The position numbers were made by a program, and so were the translations under genes. A stretch of DNA of 63,852 bases, counting the filler, from Octopus bimaculoides (Eukaryota): NCBI RefSeq assembly GCF_001194135.2. It is 5 parts of 5 records of this genome, joined end to end, with 100 filler letters (N's around TTAATTAATTAA, not from the genome) between each part and the next. Parts side by side here need not be neighbours in the genome. Positions count along the whole stretch, not along the records: positions 1 to 30,447 come from NC_069000.1; 4 more parts are not named here. The stretch is one strand, 5' to 3'. Positions 12,502-25,349 of this stretch are shown here, piece by piece. How positions within the stretch are numbered: the first letter of the stretch is position 1; every line of letters begins with the position of its first letter. The notes beneath the pieces were generated by a model. The model was given only the letters and a program-made list of their open reading frames with translations, made no database searches and had not been told where the DNA came from.

Positions 12502-12516
12502 CCGCCAGATGGCGCT
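12502..12516 (+). promoter_or_regulatory. Candidate CTCF-binding motif
   Basis: CCGCCAGATGGCGCT fits the CTCF core consensus CC(A/G)(C/G)(C/T)AG(A/G)(G/T)GGC(A/G)(C/G). Confidence 0.4.
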
Positions 12517-13697
12517 TTAATGCTTCCACGTAATCCACTGAATTAGGAGAAATATACTAAACGTTGGCATCTTTATTTATAATGGGATATTAATATTTTA
12601 GCTTTGGGATCAATGCATATGATATTTTCTAGAAATTGCGCGTAAAACTGCGCCTGAGTACAAAAATCTATACCGTTAGTGTAATAGTATGTTCAGGGCA
12701 GAAATGTTTAATTTCCACTGTCTTGGTCTACCAACGTATTGCGAAGCAAATATAAACAAATCGATAGTATATACAATCGCTGCACCTACTAGAAATAGCT
12801 CCTAAATTTACTTCAATGAAAATAATGCCATCTTAAAGATGAAGACATACTGTGTGATTTGTTGTTACGTGAAATGTACCTAGAGATATGTGACCACTTC
12901 TTTCGTTCGAACCCAAAACAAAAGGACTCATTTGTTTGTACTTAACCATGTCATACTTAATATTTCGAATCCAATATATTATTATCTGCTACACGTTATT
13001 TCAGAAATATTCATATCACTATTGACAACACAGACGCATATTAATCACTGGAATGATAAACAACAGCATTCCAGATATTTTTAGGCTTACATCAGCATAT
13101 TTGAGATTGCAATTAGCTTATTACGTCGCATGATATCGACAAGTGTTATATAATATTGCATAATGAGGCTAACGCTGTGTGTAACATTAGCAACGCAATC
13201 ACAGTGCGTGGCTACCCACGTGAAGTAATTTCCGAAAGATACGTAATGTATTTTGTCATGCCTTGTGATTTAATAATGATGCATCCTGTTTTAGATAATA
13301 AAACCACTGATTTGTAATTTTCGTTGTAATAGTATATTATCAAATATACAAAAGTCATCTCGAATAACTAATACTATTCGTTCTTCGATGTATCGGGTAG
13401 CATTACATCTTATATGTATTGCATATCATTATGTTCTATGCTTCTGCATATCCGTATGCAAAACTAAAACAAAAGCAATACAAATATTATATTGAGCTTA
13501 CAAATAGTCATAAAGCACATATATACACAGAAACATAATCCAAAACACGCATATGCCCACACATATACGTACATACATACACACATACATATATATATAT
13601 ATANNNNNNNNNNNNNNNNNNNNNNNNNNNNNNNNNNNCACATATATATGTATAATATATGTCGCGTCCAGCATGTTTCTAATGTTTTAGAAACAAA

Positions 13698-13952
13698 ACT
13701 GGCGCTACGTTGTTTATGACGATGTGGGCTGCAGTTGATTCGAGTGTCGTTGACTTCGTTCTCAAAGATATTCAGCGTAATACAGAATGTGACAAGGCTG
13801 GTATTTGAAATAATAGTACTATCTCTTTTCGCCAGTTAAGCAAAGCTAAATAAAATGTCTTGCTCAAGGAAAAATGTGACGCTGGAAATCGAATTCACGA
13901 CCTTTTGATCGTGGCCCGAATACCCTATCCTCTTAACCACGTGCCTTCACAT
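13698..13952 (-). mobile_element. SINE family D (tRNA-like head), diverged
   Basis: GAATGTGACAAGGCTGG...AAATAAAATGTCTTGCTCAAGG...GAATTCACGACC...CGAATACCCT...AACCACG is the reverse complement of the 42277 copy. Confidence 0.8.
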
Positions 13953-14214
13953 AGGGCAGGTTCGATTAATCTTTTAATCGAATTATATTGGTTCTTCTCT
14001 GATCAGTGATGTCTCCGTTAGCGGATAGTATGTCTTTAATGTGGAGAAGCATTATATTTCATTGATAATACGTTTGAAAAACACCCATTGTATCAAGTGT
14101 AAATATTTCTTTGGAAATATAAGCACCATTCTTAACACCTCCTGGTTGTTTGTCAACCATGAAAATCATCTTCATATCCACCGCGATCGCTGTAACCTGG
14201 TTGAAATACGGGCA

Positions 14215-14266
<52 letters not shown>

Positions 14267-16899
14267 TTCTTTCTCTCTCTCTCTCTCGAAATTCTTTACC
14301 ATATATAGTTGTAATAATCCACTTGATATTGTACTTCAAGTATTAACACTTAGGAAATAAGTACAGAAGAGAAAACATGGTGGAGGTATGTAGAATTCAG
14401 GTGTATGAATAAGTTATTGGTTGCTTACAATGACATTGTTTGTATTCCCAAAGGAGAGAGTCATAATTATCGTGGATAATGGGAATGCATAAGCCCATCA
14501 ACGATAGAGTCGAAGCAGTAACAGAGAGACTTTATCCTTCTGTATAAACATATACGCTTGTCTAGATGTATGTAGCAAATGCAACTGAGTGTGTGGGTGA
14601 GAGAGTGTCTGTATTTGTGCGATGGGGTGAGTTTGTATACACATATATTGGAAGCTGATTCTATCACTGAAAATTATAAACATACGCACACACAACGCTC
14701 AGGGAGTGAGTGTCGGTGTGAGAATATGAAAGATAGACAGTGAAAGCAGTATATAAATATATTCAATATAATATACCTTTGTAAATATTTCTGCATATTT
14801 GTATATACACATATATATGTGTATAACACACTCGCACATACAGGCTCAAAGAAGTGACCGTGTATGTGTGCGCGCGTGTGTGTACGAAAGCGAAACTGAA
14901 TACAGCTGTGCACACGCACGATATTGCTTACCAAGCAAAGACTGCAAGACATAAACTTCATCATGTTCGATTTCCGCTATAGACTTCTAACATGCAATCG
15001 CGTGACTGATCTGATATAATATCTGTTATTGGTCATTCATATCTTTGATCTCATCCTTAGATTTTTCTTCTGGTTCCATTTCTTGTTAAATTATTAATAC
15101 AAATGTAAGAAATATACCCAGTTATAAATGAAACTTTTAGTAGTTCACGATTCAATCTGTTTCTACGTTGACTTTCTCTTTTCGTTGCTTTCAAATGTGT
15201 GCATGCCTAAAGTGTGACACATTATAAATGCAGATATGTATGTATGGAAGTGTGTATGTGCGTGCGTGCGTGCGTGTGTGTGCGTGAACATGTATCAATT
15301 ATATGGGCACATACATATAGCCACATTTATGTAGAGAGACTTCTATGTAATCAAAATCACAAATCCAATGCATATTGAAACGCACATGTGTGCGCCACAT
15401 ATTTGGGACACACGGAGCTCACTCTCACTACATGTGTGTTAGAAATAGCAGTCAAATCGCTGTGGAAAATCGCGGTTTCCTCTTACACTAAGGGAAGTCA
15501 TAATAGATAATGCAATTTTATAGGAATATTAAGAATTCTAATGGTTAATGGTCGCTCTACTTTTGTTTATAGTTGTATTCAATCAGATTTTACTTGGTAA
15601 TTTAGCATGAAAAATACCAATTACGTAATTCGAAGTTAAAACTGTTTGATCAGTGGAGATCTATATGCACAAGTGATGTTTGCGAACAATAAATGCATCG
15701 AGCTATCAAACTTTGTCCTTTAGCTTGTCCAACCAGTGTAACTGAACTAGAATTTCTAGTCAACTCTAAATTCAGAATAAACTTGTTTTTACTCTCTATA
15801 TATTAAGTCTTGCCATTGTTATACTTAAAATGATAAACTCATATTAACATATGATTATATGGTATTTATATGTCTAAGTTCTTTACAGCCCTGTCTATAC
15901 ACTTCAAAATGTATACGCTTTCATAAATGAAACCAAGCTTGAAAAATGCAATATAGGCGTAACACAGACAGGCACACACACACATTCACGTGTACGTATG
16001 TACATACATGAGCTAAAACCTGGTTTCTTGGGCAGACTGTTACTCAAAATCCTTCTGACGATGTCTATGAAATCTTCCACCAGAAGTAAGATGGCATAGT
16101 GGAATGGCTTAAACAAAGTTAGATACGATGTAACTGATAATGTTGCCAGTCTAAATTTTACACAAACATGGCAAATGAAAACATTACTTTAAATTTGCCC
16201 ACATATTTAGAGCAGTCCTTAGTTTTCGCTGTTCTGGATGTTGATATGCTTTTACAATATAAGATATCCCCACACTTGCAAAATAGTTCGATATACTTAA
16301 GTGTGGTAACGCTGTTTCAAAGAAAATAGATGTTGGTGTTACAATTCACGACCTATAGAAAAATTATAAGTTGTGAGAAAATGAAATTGTCTTATGATGT
16401 GAAAGAGCATTTCTTCATCTAGAATGAACACAATAAAAAGAAATTGAGTGTCACTTAATTTTTCCAAAGATTTCGTCTGGAGGGACTGGGATTCACTAAA
16501 CCATATGTGCTGCACAGACGAAACATATTTCATATCGTATTCAATTGAGCTTTTTGACACGAAAATATGGTTAAGGAAGTGAAAAAGAAAATCAAAGCTA
16601 TTCACACTGCTTTTCTTTCAATTTCTGAAGTGTTTAGATACATTGCTCCAAACAATTTTTGATTTGTTCTCAGTAATTCTACTTCTCTTTTATACTTCAT
16701 AATGGTATAATTCGAAGTGAGAATTTTGTTTTGTATTCGGCTTGCAAGTTACTTGAAACAACTTGTCTGTTAAAACATATTTTGTTCTTTCAATAATAAA
16801 CACACACACACTGGTTCTGTTTCACTTTAATTAATATTCATGAATGATTATTTTTTAAAAATCAATTATCTAATCTATTGAAGGCAACCTAACATCTCA

Positions 16900-16931
<32 letters not shown>

Positions 16932-16966
16932 GCACACGCACACGCACACATATATATATATGTCAA

Positions 16967-17221
16967 GGATAGGACAGAAAGGACACAGCAAGCGGAAATC
17001 CAACAAAACACAACATGCGGTAAAATAGACGAATACGTAAACAGGACAACAAGATACACGGGTCACTCGTAGCCGATTTCCTCTTCTCCCAGTGTCCTTC
17101 CAGTTTCCGTGTGCCTTGTTTTTGTCTTGTTTACCACTTGTTGTGTTATCGTATATATATATATTTTTTGCATGTTGTGTTTTGTTGAATTTCCGTTTGT
17201 GGTGGCTTTTCTGTCCAACCC
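16967..17221. repeat. Imperfect inverted repeat (foldback/MITE-like)
   Basis: CGGAAATCCAACAAAACACAACATGC (16993-17018) versus GCATGTTGTGTTTTGTTGAATTTCCG (17170-17195): 25/26 complementary; flanking arms also pair. Confidence 0.8.
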
Positions 17222-17544
17222 TAGACAGAAAATTGCTAAGCATTTTGTCCGGCATTCTAATGTTTCTACCCGCTCACCACCTCAATGTGAATCCTTAATG
17301 TTGATTTCTAAAATTACTTCATTCTATAATTGCTCTGAGCGGACAATGTGATCGATCAAATGACGCATACGAATTTTCTGTTAATTATTTTGGTTAGCGA
17401 TCTCTTAATGTTTAAGTCTAAGTTGACCTTGGTAGGATTTAGCATCAGCGTTTATCTCTAATTAATAATAATCCACTTCCTAAGCTGGACATTTTGTTAA
17501 AGAAACACAAATTCAATAAATACACATCATTCATGAATTGATCC

Positions 17545-17662
17545 TTTATCCTTATCGACTCTTGGAAGGAGGGAATTCAAATTTGGCTCTCATGGTATTT
17601 GAACTCAGAGGTATTGGCCTCACTGTCCAACGTTCTTCCTGCCAGTCACCGCTCTTTCTGTC
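17545..17662 (-). mobile_element. SINE family A 5' fragment
   Basis: ATTTGAACTCAGAGG...AACGTTCTTCCTGCCAGTCACCGC. Confidence 0.6.
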
Positions 17663-18248
17663 AATCACCGCCTTTTCTCCCGTGGACACCACCCTCAATG
17701 TTTATTAATGAGAAGCTATTAAATTATGGCGGCCATCTTTATGTTGTGTGTTCTGAAGATTGTATTTCAAGACAGGAAGAAAGAACACTGTGTTAGATTT
17801 TATTTGTGTTTTATATCTTTTACGCTTTTGCCATCATTGAAAATATCCCGATAATCCAGTTTGACGTTCAATCTGAAATCATCAATAACTAAAGACCATG
17901 ATTTATGTATTTGTGTTGTTCCTGTTGTTTAGCCCCATGTCACACAGGATTTAACCACCCTATGATCAAAAACATTACTGCTATGACTATATTCAATTTT
18001 ACCATTCATAATCTGTGCAAAATAAATTAGAATTAGGATCAAATGCATTTCAATCATTACTAAATCTATTTACAGATATCGTGAATCAGAGGCTACATGA
18101 TTTAATGTGACCACTTTTTGTTATGTCATATGAAATTAAAATGTGAGTTGTTGGAGATTTGACTAGTATAACTAGCAGTTCAATAGGATGTTTGTAGTCT
18201 TTGTGACAGATTCGCCTTTATGTAGTGATGCTGATATTTAGGGTAACT

Positions 18249-18462
18249 ATAAGCGGCGAGCAGGGAGATTCGTTAGAACACCGAACAAAATGCTTTGCGG
18301 CATTTCATCCGCCTTTACGTTCTCAGGTCAAATTTCACCGAGAGTGACTATACTTTTCATCTTTCGTGGTTGATAAAATAAGTACCAGTTATGTACTGGC
18401 GTTGATGTAACCGTCTAGTCCTCTTCCCCAAATTTCAAGTTTTGCGCCTAAATTCCAAAGGT
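18249..18462 (+). mobile_element. SINE family A, diverged copy
   Basis: AAGCGGCGAGCAGGGAGATTCGTTAG...GATAAAATAAGTACCAGTTATGTACTGG. Confidence 0.8.
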
Positions 18463-19750
18463 TATTTAGGCTAACAAGACCTGTATACGCACACTAACTT
18501 CAATTTACTTCATCCAAGTTCTGAGAGAGAGTTATACTTAGACTAGCAGAACATATACGCTCAACTCTATCTTCTAATGTTATAATCAAAACCATCGTCA
18601 CACAAAAACGAAATGGCATTTTCGATTATGTATTTTTTTGATATTTTAAAATAAAGGATCGTCAGAGTTTTGCTTAATCAGAAGTGATATGGGGTTAAAA
18701 AGAACGCTCCTACCATATTATTCTTTCCCCCACCAAAATTATTATTTCTGATATCTCATGGAAAAAGAATTAATATTCCATTAGTAGGTTCTGTAAAATA
18801 CATGTCATTAAAAATAATTATTTGTCAATAATGTCTGCAGAAAATTGGTTTTACGACTGTTGGAATTATTAAATTTGCATGACACTGTTGAGTAGAAAAC
18901 AACGATGCCATTGGATTTGTACCTGGTTGTCGTGTAATCGTCCTCCAAATTAAAATCTCTTAATTTTCTTGAAGTCCACTACATTGCATATGGAGATAAA
19001 GGTGTAATATGCAGTATTTCATCATAGTTTTCTGTCAGCATTTGAAAAAGATTTTATGTTAGAAATGTTACGTCTATGACACAAATTACTGACAAGAAAA
19101 TAAGGGAAGCTATGGTTTTGCAATCCATTTGAAATAAGAGTGAAATAATTTAAAAGTCACACTCGTATATCTCAAAACCAGATATTAGATGGAAAGATTG
19201 TTGGAGAGGCACCAAAAGTAAATGTCTTCATAAAGAAAGAATAAAGATTATTAACGAAAAATATCCCTCAAATCTTGTGGAAAGGGAAAATATGAAGTGT
19301 TTCATATAGTCCTTAATAAAGAAAGTATATAACAATAAGATGTGATGGGCAAGGTCGTAATTTATAAGAGGTCGGCTTAATTAAGATCTGTAGGTCCCTT
19401 AAACTATCTAAAATACGAGTAGATTAACTGACTCGTAAACACGTACCATCAGCTATATAGACAATATTAACATTTGTTATGGTAGTCACTTCTGTATCAG
19501 ATGCAAATTACTGATCGCAGCAACTCATTTATTTTACCTTTGACAGAAACAGAAATTATGACATTGTCGTTAATAGAAATCACCAAACGAAACTATTCAT
19601 GATATGCTACAGAAACTACCGCTGTTACAAAACATATCAATCCATAATTTTGCTGCTAACGTATTGATTTTTGCAGACGAAATTATTTTGCAGTTGTGTC
19701 ATTAGCATTCATGAATATTTTAACGTGTCAATCACACGAAGTAGGCATTT

Positions 19751-19812
<62 letters not shown>

Positions 19813-20720
19813 TATCTTTATTTTATAATTTAAATGATATTCCAACGTTCTGAGATATGGTTAAGTTTCATAGCAGATCAAGTAATAGAGACAAAATTAA
19901 GTCATCTGTTATTTAATGCTTCGGTGAAACGTAGGCAATTTAAATGTCACGACATATGTTATTTAATATTAAATTCTAAATAAAAATAAAATCGAACCAA
20001 AACCAACACCCGTAAAGTATATTATATTATTGCATCATGTCATATATGTAAAATTTAATAATTATTGCTGTAATATTTAAAAGTATTAGCTATGGGCTGG
20101 CTAACTGTAATTACAACGATACTAAAGTTGGAAATGCGAAGGAAAAAGAAATGACAAATGCAAATTGCATGTCAGCCGAGTTGAAGATTGAATCTATTTT
20201 TAAAACTGGAATTGAATAGTTATTGAAATGCATACAAGCTACTGGCTGATTCATGCCTTACATTTCAAACTTTAATAATATTGAAAATTCGAAATAAATA
20301 AAATACAAAATTCGATCGGTCAATATATATTAGCGATATAATGCTTTTTGAATTTATTTGCTTATAGAATTTACAATATTAGTGAATGCATATAAAAGTT
20401 GACTTACATAAGTACACGGCCTTCAGGAAAATATTGCATTTACTATAACTGATTAATTACTTGTCGTCTCTTCCCAAAATGGAGACCACATACTGCCAAC
20501 TGAACTCAATAATATGTATAGGATATGCACACAGACCTACAAGCATACGTATACACATATACCTATATACGCACACATCTTTAACAGTTTGACTCGATTT
20601 AAAATAACATTATGTATCAATAGAAACGAGCGACTCAGTGCATCTGATGAGATGTGCGCATGCAACAATTTAAGCAATATTTTGAATGACACGCACACAC
20701 ACACACACGCACACACACAC

Positions 20721-20781
<61 letters not shown>

Positions 20782-21551
20782 CATATATCTATATATATAT
20801 ATGAAATATCTTAACTAGTTTCAGCTTAAAAGGTGCGGCCATGCTGGGGCACCACCTTTGGAAGATATTGCCTGCGTTATAGAATGTAGTCTGTGCCCGT
20901 GGGGAAATATCCTTATATTCATGGGTTACTTTTTGGGAACTCACTGTTTTGATAGATATATACACATGTATCCGTTAAACAATATGCATTTTAATCTATA
21001 GAGACAGATTAAAAAAGCGGCAGAGCCTTCACCCCGCCATATAAACCGATTCAGTTAGTGAGATTTCCCCATACAAACCAAAGTTTACATATATTAGCCT
21101 TGAACCGTTTAAATATGTGGGATACTCATTGAAATATCCAATGCTATTATGCCAGCTTTGGTTATAGAACTGTATCTGGAACTGCAACCATTTTTTTGTT
21201 TCCGGAGGAGTTTTCAGCAGTTGGTTTTTTGATTGAATACCAGCAGTTGCGGGTTCAACAAGTCTCAACTCACCAGAAAGTTAAAACAAATGCGTTGTCA
21301 GGCAACCCATGAGGTGAAAAGCAAGTCCAGCACGAGCACTGAGCCAGTTGTGAACTATCCTTCTAATAATTCCACCGCATTGCCTAGAGTTGGTGATTCA
21401 TTTTACCGAGCAAGCAATATGCGACTGGAACAAAGGACGTAGTGACATACAGCAAACACGGAAGGAAGTATTATATACTTTTCTACTCTAGGCACAGAGT
21501 TTCAGCGATTTGACACTTTGCGAGTAGTGACATCTGTAAAGTTTCAGACAC

Positions 21552-21586
<35 letters not shown>

Positions 21587-22840
21587 CGAGGGAAGAGTGA
21601 AACGAGCGATATTAGTCGCGTGGTTGCATTGTTTTTGTAGCAGAACTGACAAAGCCTTTAGATACATTCTCACACTTTTCTACGAAAAGCCAGTATCCAG
21701 GATGCTGGAAAGCTTGTATCTTCATGACAAATTAATTCAATAATTTATATTTTGTTCTCCAAACATTTACCATATTATTCACGATAACAAACATCATGCA
21801 GTACATTGTATTTCAGTTATTACAATATACAATAGTTTATTGCACCAAATATATTTACAATGACCGGAAATGTCTAGTTGTTTACATAAACAGAGTAATT
21901 TAATAAGATAAACGAAATAGTAAAATCTGAGAAAACTAGTGTTGGTTATGCGTCAGCAAATTAGCAAGCATAAACAAATCAAATTTGAATAAATGTGTTT
22001 GCTGAAAGAAAGTGGTAATATCTGAAGTTTTAAATAGAATCTTTCGCTGGGGAGTGTAGTAATGTGAATTTAAACGAAAAGTCTTTGGGTGGAGAGAGAG
22101 AGAGAGAGAGAGAGGAATAAAAGTAGGGGCGAAGGGATAAATGATTAATAATAAAGATGAAAGTGGATTTCCTTAAGCGGAACAAAGGCAGATAAAGGGC
22201 CAGAGGGTAAATCAACAAAACCGCTGGCAAATTTTAAAAAAAAATGTTTGGAGCAATAAAATGGTGAAAACAGGTGAAAGGAAAACAATATAAACAGAAA
22301 TGAAGATTTCCTTTCTGAATATATATTGGGAACCCGTACGTTTACGTTCGATAAACTAAGAATTAGTGTATGTTTATCGAATGAAAATGTAGGTTCGATA
22401 AAACATTGGGCCTTGTACCATTTGAAGTAAAAAAAAGAGCCAATTAATTTGGCCTTTCATTAAGAACGTATCTTGCACATGTTATCTGACCTCACAAACT
22501 ACTAAGATTTGGAAGCCATTTTTATAAGGAATGTGAAGATGACTACTTATATTTCTTCTAACTTACTTATATGTAACCTATTTAAAACATTTCATTTTTT
22601 AATCATCGAAAAGATTGTTGGCAATTGTACTTCAAACATTAACGCTGAAGGCAATACAAACGGCTTCGTTGCTGTTAATATTTTTGTTGGTACTGCGACA
22701 GATTTCATTCAGTATATTAATGAATAATAAGAACCCTTCTAAAAAAGTTACCATGGCAATTTTTTCAAACTCAACATCATATCGCACCATATGTTCTACA
22801 CTTAAGTTCAGGGAGTGTTATATGAGGCGCATATTCTCTG

Positions 22841-22905
<65 letters not shown>

Positions 22906-22960
22906 GTGTGTGTGTGTGTTTGTATATTTTCAATTTATGTATAATTATATAATATATGTT

Positions 22961-22991
<31 letters not shown>

Positions 22992-23896
22992 TGAGGGAAA
23001 CATTCAGAGGGAGCGAGATGCGTGTGTTTTTGCATATATAAGCATATATAATACGAATTAAGTGCCAATAAAACACAGAATCAATAGACTCAAAATATGT
23101 TCATTTAGACAGCTCGATAAACTATCTCAACATCACAAATATTTGATATGAAATAAAGCGTCAACAATAAATTGAAAATAAATACATATTTTTACGTATT
23201 TTGTTTGTTTTCTTTTTAATTTTTTCCATGTTGTTTTGTTTTCCGTAGATACACTTGGCTTATCGTGTTATGTTTAATGGACTGATAAACAGTTAGCGAT
23301 TTCATTATTTTTACGATTGTCTCTATTACGGGTAACTTTCCATTGGAAGTAAGAAAGGGAAAACTCTATATCCTGTACCTCGCTCTAAATTGATCGTACA
23401 TTCACCCATGAAACTACTGTCGTAATACGAGAAAATAATGTTTTCAAATTACCAGCAAATATTTACTTCCTCTTTAAACATAGCTACGAAGAGTCCATTA
23501 TGATAAACACTTTGGCATTTATATATTTTCCTGCAAAGTGTGAGAAGAGATAATTTGTTTTGTTTTAAGAAGCGGTCTTTTCTTACACGCCAGTGAACGA
23601 GTAGTCAGTTAGAAGCTCAGTTTTAAAGAATAACAACCGATTTGTTTTCAAAACAACACGTCATCTGGCATCGTAAAGGAAACCGTGAATTAAGTCTAAG
23701 TTTGTTTAATAATTTGTATCACAAGCCAACAAGACAATACCGTTCTTCAGGCTTGCTTGACGGAACCCATTTAAAACATAATACCATCCTAAGTAATAGG
23801 AATACAAATTCCAAAATGTATTTGTGTATGCAATGTTGAAAATTATGACGAAACTCTTGGAACATAGGCCTACCTGATCATAACTGGTCTAAGAAT

Positions 23897-24130
23897 TACT
23901 GGTCCTCCGTCGGTATCGACGTATGTTCCAGTCTATTCTGTCAACGGTACAACCTGCCTGTGAAATTAACAGGTAGAGCACTCCGCAAACAAGTGTACCC
24001 TTAATGTAGTTCTCTGGGAGATTAAGCATGACTAAGAATGTGACAAGGCTGCTCTTTTCAGTTACAGCTACCGCAATTACAGCTGCGTTGACTGGACTCA
24101 ACGACTTCAATAACAGAGCGTCTCACTTCC
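23897..24130 (-). mobile_element. SINE family D, 3' part
   Basis: CTCCGTCGG...CAACGGTACAACCTGCCTGTGAAATTAAC...GTGTACCCTTAATGTAGTTCTC...GAATGTGACAAGGCTG. Confidence 0.8.
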
Positions 24131-24472
24131 GCCATTTGAAGATTACGGTTGTTTCCAATAAAACGTTGTGTTTTATGACACTTTACAAGTTGCCAAGCAT
24201 CTCGTTTTCATTCCCGCCAATATAACCAGATCTAAGTTAGCCATGTGATTCATTCATTTCGTGAGATCATAGACTGAAACTTGGGAAATATTGACCCCCC
24301 CACTTCTGGCAGAATGAGTGATTGTGTTTAGTTCTCTTCTTTGGTGACGTGAATCGCACTTAGTCTTTGGTAAATTTCCTCATTATCATTGGTCATCATT
24401 AACGCTGTTAATTACACCGTCACAAGAAAATATCCTCAGACAAGAACTTGCTAACATTTTATCGTTACTTAC

Positions 24473-24560
24473 CTGATGAGTTAATTTTCTCTTTTCATAA
24501 ATGTTTCAATGTGAGCACATTTCTTCAAACTGTTTTATTGGGTGTATGTATATACACATC
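24473..24560 (-). other. Candidate 88-nt non-coding exon
   Basis: Acceptor TACTTTTACAG| and consensus donor CAG|GTAAGTA; stops in all three frames. Confidence 0.3.
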
Positions 24561-25284
24561 CTGTAAAAGTACACACTCGCTTGACCTGCTGCGACAATCA
24601 TACAAATCTCTCTCAAATCAAGCGCATCAGTCTCAAGTGATGCAGAAGCTTGGTTAATGGAGAAATCATAGATAATATATCAACGCCATAAATATATAAA
24701 CGAGATGGTGATGGTTGGAATAACATAGATACCATGGCTGCGGGATAAATACTGAATTACAGCTAATCAAGTGACAAAAATTAAATTTTTATTCAGAAAT
24801 ATTAAAAACACCCGTGTGTATTTTTAGTCTTGATCGACCTATTAAATGATGAAAGACATTCTAGCCGTGACTATCCTACCATTTTTGTAACTACCCTGAA
24901 AGCTAAGGTACATTACTGAAATTTGTTTATTTTTATAAATCAGCAGACTTTAAATCAGTGATATTTGAATGCGAATTCCATCAAATCTAATGAACACGTG
25001 GTGGTACCTTCTGAGGATTGAAGTTATTTCGTTTGAATACATGTCGAAAGCAGGAAAGTACCATGAATATATTGGTGTTGCACAATCCAGCCAGGAAGTT
25101 TCTAGTCAGCCACTGAAACAGGCTGGAAATATGTACCAAAATTTCGTATGCGATGCATCTGCTGTATAAAGAGAACATGTTAGTCACGACGATCATACGT
25201 TTAGTCATCGTTCCTTTTACTCGTGCCTCATGTGTAGAGAGACGACAACAACGGCAACCATTCTTTCGTCTTATATTCATTTAG

Positions 25285-25349
25285 ATTAGAACATATGTCA
25301 CCTCAAATATATACACGTGATGTTCTCGTTGCAAACTTTCCTGCAGAAA
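25285..25349 (+). other. Candidate 65-nt exon
   Basis: Acceptor TTCTTTCGTCTTATATTCATTTAG| and donor AAA|GTAAGTA; one open frame, LEHMSPQIYTRDVLVANFPAE. Confidence 0.25.

Noticed and set aside
21000-21450. Possible CR1/L2 reverse-transcriptase fragment (IIALDIS...FGLYGEI on the minus strand)
   Set aside because: The KAFD motif is absent and the match needs several frameshifts, too weak to call without a search.
21556-21586. Poly(T) run as the tail of a processed pseudogene
   Set aside because: No recognisable mRNA-like body or target-site duplication lies next to it.
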